Shown here in pieces: positions 9,683 through 18,757 of a DNA stretch of 64,000 bases. Position numbers and translations under genes: made by a program. Location: positions 3,136,001 to 3,200,000 of the forward strand of contig CBDCXR010000004.1 in NCBI GenBank assembly GCA_965223845.1, read 5' to 3'. Numbering within the stretch: position 1 is the stretch's first letter; every line of letters starts with the position of its first letter. Origin of the DNA: Planctomycetota bacterium. GTDB taxonomy: Bacteria > Planctomycetota > UBA8108 > SXIK01. The notes beneath the pieces were generated by a model, which made no database searches, was not told where the DNA came from, and saw only the letters and a list, made by a program, of their open reading frames with translations.

Positions 9683-12600
9683 TCACTCACACGGCGGAAA
9701 CCGATCGCACCCGATCGGTTCCGCGCGAGTTTCGACGCCGCAGACCGCGACCGGGTCCTCGGGCGGGCGTCCCGTCCCGAAGAGGAAGTTGAGAAGCGCG
9801 ATCGCGTCGGTAATCGTCAAGCCGCCGTCGCCGTCGACATCGCCGCTCGCCGCGCAGAGGAGCGGATCTCCGTCGGCGAAGAGAAACTCGAGGACGTACA
9901 CCGCGTCCGCGACGTTCGCGCCGCCGTCGGCGTTCGCGTCGCCGCGCCGGAACTGCACCCGCGGATCGTCGCCGACGACGACGTCCACCGTCGCGCGTGT
10001 CGACGCGCCGAACTCGTCGGTGACGTCGAGAATCACCGCGTGCGTTCCGGGAGTGTTGAACGTCGTGAGCACGAGTCCCCGGCTGTCGGATTCCCCCCCG
10101 ATCGTCCAGCGGTATTCGAGCGCGTCGCCCTCGGCGTCGCTCGACCCCGTCGCGTCGAAGAGCACCGTGAGCGGCGGGGCTCCGCGCAGGGTAGAAGCAG
10201 TGATGCGCGCAACGGGCGACGCGTTCGCATCCGCGGCGACGCCCGGCGACCAACCGGCGCGCCAGCTCGTCGCCTCGTCATTGTCGACATCGAGCCCGAC
10301 GCGCTCTAGGCTCGCGCCTTCGCCATCCGCCGCGTCGGGCCAGTCGCCGTCGTCGAGATAGACGACGCTGTCGATGAGCTCGGGAAAGTACTTTCCGCCC
10401 TCTCCGTCGTCGCGGAGTCGGACGATCTCGCCTCCGTTCGAGAGTCGACCCGAATAGGGGCCGAAGGTTTTCGTTTCGGCTGGGGCGATCTTGGCGACCT
10501 CGCCCGGGTCTCGCGCGACGAGAAACACTTCCCCTGCGGTTGCAACGGCTCCCGGCGGAAACGTGAACTCGATGGCCGGAATCGTCCAACCTGCGAGGTC
10601 GACGTCGGCTTCGTGTCGATTCACGATCTCGAGGAACTCCGTCACGTCTTCGCCGTCGGGGTTGTAGTGAATCTCCGTAATCTCGAGCCGAGGTGCAGGC
10701 TCGTACTCGAATCGCCGCCCCTGCGTCGTCGGCGACAGGCGCGTGAGAAAGCCGCGGAGAAACGTGGTTCGGCGCGAGACGTAGAGTCGGAAATCATCCC
10801 GCCAAAACTCGGAGTCGGTGCTCCGACTGCCCCACCGCCGCCAGCGCGCGAGATCGCGACGCGCGAGGTCCGCCGTCGCGGTGTCGTAGGCGTCGATCTT
10901 GGGGCCGAGCACACTCGGCTGGAACTTCTCTTCGACGAGGTGCCAGATGCGCCCGTAGAACGCCTTGATGTAGTAGTCGTCGGGCGCACGCTGAAGAAGC
11001 GCGTTCAGGATCCCGTGGTAGCCCTGGTCGTGAAACGGATAGGTCTGAGTCTGAAACAGCGGGTGCTCGTTGTAGACGCGAACATCGGTCGTGAGAAGCA
11101 TCTGACCGAACGTGAGGTCGACGTCCCAGGGAAAGCACGTCACCAGGAACGGACCGTCGCCGGCGAGGTCTTGCCGACCGTAGTAGAGGAGCCAGTTCTT
11201 CACGACCGAATCGCCGTCCGTGATGATCGCCTGGACCGCCTGGTAATCGATCACCCCTTCGACGTGGAGCCGCGAGTTCAGAAACTCGATCAGCTCCGTG
11301 CCCCGCAGTCGATTGAGATCCCCCGCGAAGCTCCCGATCTCCGGGAGTAGATCGGGCGCCGCATCGTTCCGCGGCTCGTAGCCTCCGGTCGATGAGGAGA
11401 GCATCGGGTTTCGCGCCTTGTAGAGTCCACCGCTCGGATCGAGTCGATTCCGCCGCAGATAGTCCTCCCGCGGATCTTCGATCGTGAAGAACGCGCCGTG
11501 GAATCGGCCGCCGTTCGAGCGCACCTCGGCCATGTGCGTCTCCGAATACGCAACCCCCGCGTCACGGAAGAGATCGAACGCGAACTGCTCGCGCAGCATC
11601 GACTTGTCGTTCCACCCCGCGTTGAAGTTGAGTCGCGACTGCCCTTCGAACTGGTCGCCCTTGTTGAAGCGAACGCGAAGCGGCTTCTTCGGGTAGCTGC
11701 ACGCGGTTTCGCCGCGAAACTTGACGCCGACGCTCCGGTACGCCCGTCCATCCGGGTCGACGAGTACACCGGATCGGTAGGTTCCAGGGTTGCACGAGAG
11801 ATCGCTCAGCGCTCCCGGCGTGAAGATGTGAAAGAGGCGAATCGGCGGCGCAGGCTCCGGCCAGTGATCGGAGACGTAGTAGCCACGGGTCGAAATCGGA
11901 TTCTTCGTCCGGGGCCACTTCGTCGCCGCGCCACCGCTCGTCGAAGCTTCGAACGAGTACCACACTAGCGAGTCGTCGGGCGCGGGAGGGATCGCCGCGC
12001 TCCAGAGTCCGTCGCCCGCGTGCGCATCCGGCAACTCACCGTCGTCGCGCAGCGGCAGGGTTTCGATCTCCGCCCCGGAGACCTGGTACTGGACCGCTGC
12101 CGAAGCGATGTCCTTGCCCTCGATTCTCACTACGAGTGTCACGTCGTCTTCGGGGGCCGCCCAGAGCGGCGAGCGCTCGACGAACCGAATCGTCGGCGGC
12201 ACCTCGTTCGGGGGGAGCTCGGCCGCGCCGACCTCGTTCGACGCGAGCGGCGTACCCGCTACCCCGCGCGCGCCGGTTACGGCGTCGCCCTCGAGCTGGA
12301 GAAGGCCCGAGTCTTCGCGCGTCACGGATGACCGAGCGATGAACGCGCTCGTGCCGGAGAGGTGCTTCATCCGGAAGCGAAGGACGAGCGGCGTCTCCGC
12401 CGGAGGACGCTCGGGAAAGGTCACGCGCAGAGCGTTTTGAAAGCCGTCGCCGTTTCCGGTCGAGCGGATGCGCGCACAGGGTCCGTCGTCGCCGAATCCG
12501 CCGGCCTCCTCGGCGACGCTCGTCTCGTGATTCCCGGTTCCGCGCCAGCGTCCGAGCCCGGCGTCGAACTCGTGATCGGGGAAATAGTTCAGCTCACCGC

Positions 12601-13777
12601 CGTCCTTTTCGAAGAGCTCGACGGCGTCGAGGAGGACTTCACCTTCGCCCAGAAGATAAAAATAGAATCTCGGCCCTTCGTGAAGGCCGACGAGTTCGAA
12701 GGTGAGCCATTCGCCGCCGCCCGGCGAACTCGCCTCGACCGGCGCGACCCGCCAGTTGCCCGGAGCGTCCGACGGACCGAGCGGCTGAACGCGCTGGAGG
12801 GTCCCGCCGAGACCATCGGCGAGCGCGGGCCACGCGCCGGCGTCGTTGTACGAAACCTCATCCCGTACGGAACCGAGCGCGTCGACGAGCCGCACCGTCT
12901 CCCCTCCGTCGGAGAGCGTCGAACCGTCGGCGAAGGGGCCGTGGACGAGGTCCGCAATGAGCCCGAATCGAGTAACGAGCTCGGGCGGATCCTGCGCCAC
13001 CAACACGAATTCTCCCGGCGGAATGACCGTCCCCGCCGCGAAGACGAAGGAGACGCCGCGGTCGAGCGACCATCCGCCGATGTCTTGCGGGACATCCGTG
13101 CGATTGACGAACTCGATGTACTCGAGCGGGACGTCGATCTCGGGATGGTAATTGATCTCGTTGATGACGACCGGCGAGCGCGCGAGATCCTCGGGAATCG
13201 GCGCGAGGGCGCAGTCGTCGAGGCTCCCGGTCACGCCGGGCGTCGGAGCTGACGCCGACCAGTTGAAGGGAGCCTCGCCCGGGAGCGCCTCGCAGCGCAG
13301 GTGAAGCGATTCGCCGGCGCCGTCGGCGGCGGTGGGAAACGGGTACCCGTCGCGAAACCTCACCTCGTCGATGAGCAGGCCGAATCCGTCGACGAGTCGC
13401 AGCCGCTCGCCGTCGTTGTCGAGCGCGCCCGAGAACGGGAAGACGGAAACTCCGGCCGGGACGCTCCACCTGGCGCGCAGCGCCTCGGGATCGCGCGCGA
13501 AGACGACCGTCCCTCCCGAAGGGATTTCCAGCGATCCCGGCGCGCCCGCGCGGATCCCGCTCGTGAACGACCAGCCGCGAATGTCGACGGCGCCCGGAGA
13601 GACATTCGCGAGCTCGACGTACTCGAGCGCGGCGTCGTCCTTCGGGTGGTAGTGGATCTCGGTGATGCGAAGCGGCGCCGCGGAGATCACGACGGGAGCA
13701 GCGGCGAAGAGCAGCGCGCACGCGAAGCCGCCGAATCGCCGGCTTCCTAGAAAGGTCCGATCAGCAGTCGAGGTCAT
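9683..13777 (-). CDS. Secreted 2xLTD / CBM4_9-like / Ig-like / CotH-family kinase / LTD / PKD / dockerin-like protein (~1364 aa)
   Basis: Start revised from 14101 to ATG 13777 (or 13789), which overlaps the upstream stop and precedes the signal peptide FACALLFAAAPVVISA. LTDs LRITEIHYHP, VVINEINYHP, LEITEIHYNP; CotH GVKFRG...KKPLRVRFN...MLREQFAF...DSVVKNWLLY...PWDVDLTF; PKD FDATGSSDAEGDALEYRW; FRRGDANADGGANVAD. Confidence 0.88.
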   Translation of the reverse strand: MTSTADRTFLGSRRFGGFACALLFAAAPVVISAAPLRITEIHYHPKDDAALEYVELANVSPGAVDIRGWSFTSGIRAGAPGSLEIPSGGTVVFARDPEALRARWSVPAGVSVFPFSGALDNDGERLRLVDGFGLLIDEVRFRDGYPFPTAADGAGESLHLRCEALPGEAPFNWSASAPTPGVTGSLDDCALAPIPEDLARSPVVINEINYHPEIDVPLEYIEFVNRTDVPQDIGGWSLDRGVSFVFAAGTVIPPGEFVLVAQDPPELVTRFGLIADLVHGPFADGSTLSDGGETVRLVDALGSVRDEVSYNDAGAWPALADGLGGTLQRVQPLGPSDAPGNWRVAPVEASSPGGGEWLTFELVGLHEGPRFYFYLLGEGEVLLDAVELFEKDGGELNYFPDHEFDAGLGRWRGTGNHETSVAEEAGGFGDDGPCARIRSTGNGDGFQNALRVTFPERPPAETPLVLRFRMKHLSGTSAFIARSSVTREDSGLLQLEGDAVTGARGVAGTPLASNEVGAAELPPNEVPPTIRFVERSPLWAAPEDDVTLVVRIEGKDIASAAVQYQVSGAEIETLPLRDDGELPDAHAGDGLWSAAIPPAPDDSLVWYSFEASTSGGAATKWPRTKNPISTRGYYVSDHWPEPAPPIRLFHIFTPGALSDLSCNPGTYRSGVLVDPDGRAYRSVGVKFRGETACSYPKKPLRVRFNKGDQFEGQSRLNFNAGWNDKSMLREQFAFDLFRDAGVAYSETHMAEVRSNGGRFHGAFFTIEDPREDYLRRNRLDPSGGLYKARNPMLSSSTGGYEPRNDAAPDLLPEIGSFAGDLNRLRGTELIEFLNSRLHVEGVIDYQAVQAIITDGDSVVKNWLLYYGRQDLAGDGPFLVTCFPWDVDLTFGQMLLTTDVRVYNEHPLFQTQTYPFHDQGYHGILNALLQRAPDDYYIKAFYGRIWHLVEEKFQPSVLGPKIDAYDTATADLARRDLARWRRWGSRSTDSEFWRDDFRLYVSRRTTFLRGFLTRLSPTTQGRRFEYEPAPRLEITEIHYNPDGEDVTEFLEIVNRHEADVDLAGWTIPAIEFTFPPGAVATAGEVFLVARDPGEVAKIAPAETKTFGPYSGRLSNGGEIVRLRDDGEGGKYFPELIDSVVYLDDGDWPDAADGEGASLERVGLDVDNDEATSWRAGWSPGVAADANASPVARITASTLRGAPPLTVLFDATGSSDAEGDALEYRWTIGGESDSRGLVLTTFNTPGTHAVILDVTDEFGASTRATVDVVVGDDPRVQFRRGDANADGGANVADAVYVLEFLFADGDPLLCAASGDVDGDGGLTITDAIALLNFLFGTGRPPEDPVAVCGVETRAEPIGCDRFPPCE

Positions 13778-16700
13778 CGGGCGTGACATCCGCTCCAGGA
13801 TGGGGGAACGGCGCGGCGGGCGGGTCGCCGGTTCCAAAGAGGTAATTGAGCGAACGAATCGGATCGGAGATGTCGATCCCGCCGTCGTCGTCCGTGTCTG
13901 CGGCATCCTCGCAAACGATGCTTCCGTCGGCAAAGAGATAGAACAGCGTCGCGATTGGATCGCCGATGTTGAGTCCGCCGTCTCGATTCGCGTCGCCGCG
14001 GATGAAGAGCACTCGCTCGTACGTGAATCCCCCGAACGCGACGACGCTCGCTTCTTCGACTGCGAGGCGAAGATCGACGCGCCCGTTCTCGGGGAGATCA
14101 TCCGGAGCCGGTGGGCTCACCGCGACCGCGAGCTCGGGCGAGCGGACATCGATCGAGGTCGCCTCCACTCCCCCAAAACGAATCGACAGATTCTCGCCGA
14201 ACCCGGTCCCGACGAACGTGACTTCCGTACCGCCCTCGGCGGGGCCGGAGTCGGGGCTCCAAGTCTCGAGCGTCGGCGGATCGGGGACACGTGACGAGCG
14301 GACGGTGAGCGACAGCTCGCCGACGAACTCGCCGTAGCCGTCGAAGCCGAAGAAGCGGAGCTCGTGGAGCTCCCGGGTTGTCGGAAACTCGAAAGACCAG
14401 CGCGTGACCGACGACCAAACGGGCGAAATGAGCTCCGTGTCGCCACCGTCGACCTCGACGTAGATCTGCTCGACGCGAAGCGGCGCCTCACCCTCGATCT
14501 CGACGTCGCGCTCCTCGGTTACGAGCGTTTCCCCGTCGCCCGATCGGATGCGAAAGGACGCCGTCGCGGAAGAGCGAACGAGCGACTCGACGCGCGACTT
14601 GACGGTGTTGATGTAGCCCTTGAAGCTCGAGGCGTTCACGCCGGTCGATCGCGTCACGGCGTCCATCCAAGGTCCGGCCGCGTCGACCGACCAGTAGCCG
14701 TCCGTGTATTGCTCGAGCGCCCGAAAGTACACGCGGCGCGGTTCGGGTCGGCTGAGGAGGCGCGCTGCGTGCACGTCGCCGGTGGGGAAAAAGCCCGCGT
14801 TCGGGTTCCCCATCGAGTTGTCCATGTCGAAGGGAAGGAGCTCCCACTTGCCGTCGGTCGGATCGTAAACGCAGTAGCCGTTGTGACCGTTTCCTACGAA
14901 GACCGCGTCCCAGTCGGAGGTCAGGATGCGGACGGCGAGCATGCGGAGATAGGCGTCGAGGTCGAGGACATCGCCCACGCGCGCGTCAAACTCGGCGTCG
15001 CGAGTCACGCGCCGGTCCATCACGCGCGTGAGCTCGATCCACTCGTCCCAACGATCCCGCGACTTGTGGATCGTGTGAGTCCAGTACCCGCGGTAGTTCT
15101 CCGCCTCCTCGTCCATATGCCAAAACGACGCCCCATCCCAATGCGATCTCGCGCACACGTCATTGAACGCGAGTCGCCCCACCGCTTTGATCACGATGGC
15201 TTCGTCGACTGCCTCGTCGCCGTACCATTTCTCGATGTAGTCGCCGTCGACCGGCTGGATCATCGCGTGGGTGCCGAGCGAGTTGCCGTTGAAGTGCGTG
15301 CGGATGTAGTGGTAGTCGGCGGTCGGCGCCGGCGCGTGCGGCCCGTTCGCTCTTCCGGCGAGAAAGTAGGCGACCCCTTCGCGCGCGTTCGCGCCGCGAC
15401 TCGAGAGGTTGATCGCCTTTCGGCCGCGATGGAAGCGATCGTCGTCGGGAAAACGAACGCGGAAATTCGTACGTCCGGGACGCCCCCACGGACTACCGCG
15501 ATAGCGGAGACCAATGTTGTACGTCGCCTCTTCGTCGTCGAAGACGAACGCCCCGTCGACGAGGTCGTTCGAATGGAGCGGACGCGTTCGGAGCTCGGTG
15601 TCGCTCGTGGCGTCGAGAATCACTCGGTAGACGTCGAGGCGGTCGGTCTCGGGCCCGGCCGCTTGGAAGAGACAAACTCGCTCGGGCGCATCGACGGGAA
15701 AGCGGCGCAAGGCACCGCTGGAGTCGACCGCTTCAACGTAGTAAACGACGCGGCGATTGCGATCGAATCCGGGAAGAGAGCCGCCGAAGACGCCATCGCC
15801 CGCGGCACCATCGCCGCGGACCCCGTCGTCGCGCAGATCGATGGACTCGGAGAACGTCCCCGCGCGATCATTCTCCCGGTAGTAGACCTTGACCGACTCG
15901 ATGCCGTCGGCGTCCGAGACGCGCGCGGTCACGATCGTCGGGACACCGGCCGCGGGCGAGACCGGAGCATGCGAGACATCCGAAATCACCGGGCCGAGAT
16001 TCGCCGCCCCGCTTTCCTCGCGCAGCCGGCGCGTCACGCTGTTTTCGCTTCCCGGCGTGCCGAGATTCCACGGGACGGTGAGGCGCAGCCGCGCCGCGAG
16101 GGTGTTTCCGGACAAGTTTTCGGCGGGCGCGGGGCGTCCGGGCCACGGCCCCGGCGTGAACTCGCCGTGCGCGATGAGGAGGCTGCTCCCGCGGATCCAG
16201 CGCGCCCAAAGCGAAACGTCGTAAGCGCCGCGCGCGAGTCTCGGCCGCGTGTCCGTCTCGATGCGATTGCAGAGAGAATCCCCCTTCGCCGAGGCGTCGA
16301 TTCGGAGACACGCGTTTCCGGAGTGGCTGTCGTCCGTGACGCGCCGGCTCCGCACGTGCGTCCCCTGGATCACCCACGGAGTAGTCGAGCTCTCGAATCC
16401 GGGATTCGGAATGCGGTTCTCCCCGCCGCCGTCCGGAGTGATCGAGACATCATCGATGTGACAGGTTCCGCGCTCCGAGAGGAAAAGATGGAGTTCCGTA
16501 TCCGCGGTCGGGGCGTAATTCGAGACGAAGAACTCGAGTTTCTCCCAATCGGCTTTCTCGCTCTCGTCGCTCGCGTCCCAGGCCGACGCGACATCGTTGT
16601 CCTGCCTCGGGTCGATGAGCTCGAGCGAGGCGCCCCGGCCGTCCGCCCACTCGGACCAGCGCCCGCCGTCGAAGTAGCGCACCTCATCGACGAGGTTCCC

Positions 16701-18500
16701 GCTCCGATCGACGAGACGAACGTTCTCGCCGCCGTCGGCGAGTGAGCCTTCGTAGGGACCGTAGGCTCCTTGGTACCCGTAGCGGTCGGCGAGAATCTGC
16801 GGATCTTCGGCGACGACGATATAGCCGCCCGCGGGCAGGGTCGTCCCGTCGGCGAAGGTGAGTTCGATCCCCTTCGAAAAGCGAAAGCCGCTGAGGTCGA
16901 TCGCCACCGAGCCGCGATTGTAGAGCTCGAGAAACTCCCCGTTGCGGTCGTCGGGCGGGTGGTAATAGATCTCGTTGATCACGACATCCGTCGTCCGCTC
17001 GACGACGTTCGGCGCCCCGGGTGTCGGTGTGAGGGTCACCCAGCGCGGACGATCGTCCGGATCGAGACGCGCTTCGGAATACTCTCCGATCGCGCCGCCG
17101 AAGGGAGGTGCGCGCTCGAAGATGGTCGCGGCGACGACGACTCCGCTCGGGTTGAAAAGAAAGAGCTTCACCTCGGCAGCCGAGAGGGCGAGCCCCGACG
17201 TCGCCTCCTCGACGACGAAAAACTCCCCCGGGGCGAGCGTCACCGCGGGAAGCACGAACGGATCGGCGCCGGACGACGGCTCCTCGATCCGGAACTCCCC
17301 GAGCGAGACGGCAGCTCGTCCGGTGTTCTCGATCTCGACCCAGCCGTCGCCGTTCGAGCCGCGAAAAAGCTCGCTGAAGAGGATGGAACCCAGGGGCGCA
17401 CTCGGTCCCCCGATCGGCCGCCGCTCGACGACGCGCGGGATCAGGCTGAAGTCGCCGCTCCCGATACTGAAGTTGAACGCGACGATCGCGAGGACGTTTG
17501 TGCCGTCGCGGACGAGTTCGCTGGACAGCGGAAAAAACTCTTCTTCGCCCGCTTCGCGCGAACCCGAAGCCGTCTCGTTCCATGCGACGGCATCCGGGCA
17601 GTTTCTGCGCGCGACCTCGACGCCGTTCAGATACGCGCAAAACCCGTCGTCGTAGTCGACGCCGAGAAAGAGGTCACCGGCTCCGGCTTCCGGAGGAAGG
17701 ACGAAGTCCACCCGGCACGCGATCGACGTGTAGTTCTCCCGCATGTCGTCCAAAACCGTCGCGTCGTCGTCATCGCCGTAGCCGATACCCGTCACCGCCG
17801 GTTCCCAAGCGGCATCGTCGAACTCGGGCTCCGTCCACTCAGTGGGAGGATCCGAGAACGCCGAGTCCCCGCGGCGCAGCCGCCACTCGGCGCCGACGGG
17901 GACGATGTCGACATCCTCGAACTGGATCTCGTCGGGCGGAAGAAAATTGACCGTGCCCGGCGTCCCACCGAGCTCGTCGCTCTGCACCCAGCTCTCCGGC
18001 TCGCTCGTATCGAGATGGACGTTTCGAAGCGCGAGCGTGTGACCCGAGCCGTCGGGACCGGTCGGCCACTTGTCGCGGTCCTTGAAGCGGAGACTTTGAA
18101 CGACGACGCCCGCGTGATTGACGAGCGTCAGCCGATCTCCGCCGGAATCCAGCCGTCCCTCGAAGTTGCCGACCGCGTTTTCGATGTCGTAGCGTTCGAC
18201 GAGCGCATCGACATCAGCACAGACGACGATGTGTGCGCGCGCGTCGAGAATGGTCCCCGGCGGAAAGACGAAACGGATCCCCTCGACGAAGGCGTAGCCG
18301 GAGAGGTCTTGGGGCGTCGACGTGTCGTTCGCGAGCTCGACAAACTCGAGGGAGTCGTTCCCCGGAGCCGGATTGTAGTGGATCTCGGAGACCACGACCG
18401 CGCGGACGGAGGTCGGCGAGACGGCCGAAGCGACGACCAGACCGAACAGAACTCGACCACGAAGCCAACGAGTGAACGACCGACTCCTACCACGTCCCAA
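13761..18500 (-). CDS. Secreted multi-LTD / jelly-roll / CBM4_9-like / CotH-family kinase / IPT / dockerin-like protein (1579 aa)
   Basis: Signal peptide ending SVRA; LTDs VVVSEIHYNP and VVINEIYYHP; YDDGFCAYLNG jelly-roll; CotH-like GLRYRGSPW...SDWD...HNGY...LPFDMDN; IPT WSPDSGPAEGGTEVTFVGTGF; FIRGDANRDGGLNIGD. The TTG start is uncertain. Confidence 0.88.
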   Translation of the reverse strand: MGRGRSRSFTRWLRGRVLFGLVVASAVSPTSVRAVVVSEIHYNPAPGNDSLEFVELANDTSTPQDLSGYAFVEGIRFVFPPGTILDARAHIVVCADVDALVERYDIENAVGNFEGRLDSGGDRLTLVNHAGVVVQSLRFKDRDKWPTGPDGSGHTLALRNVHLDTSEPESWVQSDELGGTPGTVNFLPPDEIQFEDVDIVPVGAEWRLRRGDSAFSDPPTEWTEPEFDDAAWEPAVTGIGYGDDDDATVLDDMRENYTSIACRVDFVLPPEAGAGDLFLGVDYDDGFCAYLNGVEVARRNCPDAVAWNETASGSREAGEEEFFPLSSELVRDGTNVLAIVAFNFSIGSGDFSLIPRVVERRPIGGPSAPLGSILFSELFRGSNGDGWVEIENTGRAAVSLGEFRIEEPSSGADPFVLPAVTLAPGEFFVVEEATSGLALSAAEVKLFLFNPSGVVVAATIFERAPPFGGAIGEYSEARLDPDDRPRWVTLTPTPGAPNVVERTTDVVINEIYYHPPDDRNGEFLELYNRGSVAIDLSGFRFSKGIELTFADGTTLPAGGYIVVAEDPQILADRYGYQGAYGPYEGSLADGGENVRLVDRSGNLVDEVRYFDGGRWSEWADGRGASLELIDPRQDNDVASAWDASDESEKADWEKLEFFVSNYAPTADTELHLFLSERGTCHIDDVSITPDGGGENRIPNPGFESSTTPWVIQGTHVRSRRVTDDSHSGNACLRIDASAKGDSLCNRIETDTRPRLARGAYDVSLWARWIRGSSLLIAHGEFTPGPWPGRPAPAENLSGNTLAARLRLTVPWNLGTPGSENSVTRRLREESGAANLGPVISDVSHAPVSPAAGVPTIVTARVSDADGIESVKVYYRENDRAGTFSESIDLRDDGVRGDGAAGDGVFGGSLPGFDRNRRVVYYVEAVDSSGALRRFPVDAPERVCLFQAAGPETDRLDVYRVILDATSDTELRTRPLHSNDLVDGAFVFDDEEATYNIGLRYRGSPWGRPGRTNFRVRFPDDDRFHRGRKAINLSSRGANAREGVAYFLAGRANGPHAPAPTADYHYIRTHFNGNSLGTHAMIQPVDGDYIEKWYGDEAVDEAIVIKAVGRLAFNDVCARSHWDGASFWHMDEEAENYRGYWTHTIHKSRDRWDEWIELTRVMDRRVTRDAEFDARVGDVLDLDAYLRMLAVRILTSDWDAVFVGNGHNGYCVYDPTDGKWELLPFDMDNSMGNPNAGFFPTGDVHAARLLSRPEPRRVYFRALEQYTDGYWSVDAAGPWMDAVTRSTGVNASSFKGYINTVKSRVESLVRSSATASFRIRSGDGETLVTEERDVEIEGEAPLRVEQIYVEVDGGDTELISPVWSSVTRWSFEFPTTRELHELRFFGFDGYGEFVGELSLTVRSSRVPDPPTLETWSPDSGPAEGGTEVTFVGTGFGENLSIRFGGVEATSIDVRSPELAVAVSPPAPDDLPENGRVDLRLAVEEASVVAFGGFTYERVLFIRGDANRDGGLNIGDPIATLFYLFADGSIVCEDAADTDDDGGIDISDPIRSLNYLFGTGDPPAAPFPHPGADVTPDDLDC

Positions 18501-18757
18501 TGTTTCGGCTCCCTCCGAGATTTCGACGGCCCCGTCCGGTTACCTGCGCGGCGGCGGCCCGCCCCTCACTATCCCTCACGGTCGCGCGCGGAGCGAGTTT
18601 TAAAGTGTATCGAGCGACCCCGGAGAGATAGACTCGGGGCGTTAGGGTCGATCTCGACTTCACGAGGATCGTCGAAGCGCCTCCGCCGTTGCGGGACGTC
18701 TTCGAGGTGTAGGCGCCGACTTTGCGTCGGCGTTTGGAGGGATACAAAGGAGGTGTG

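Noticed and set aside
13778-14101. N-terminal extension of the 9683 ORF in the track
   Set aside because: Overlaps the tag-coding end of the upstream gene in another frame; the signal peptide begins after 13777.
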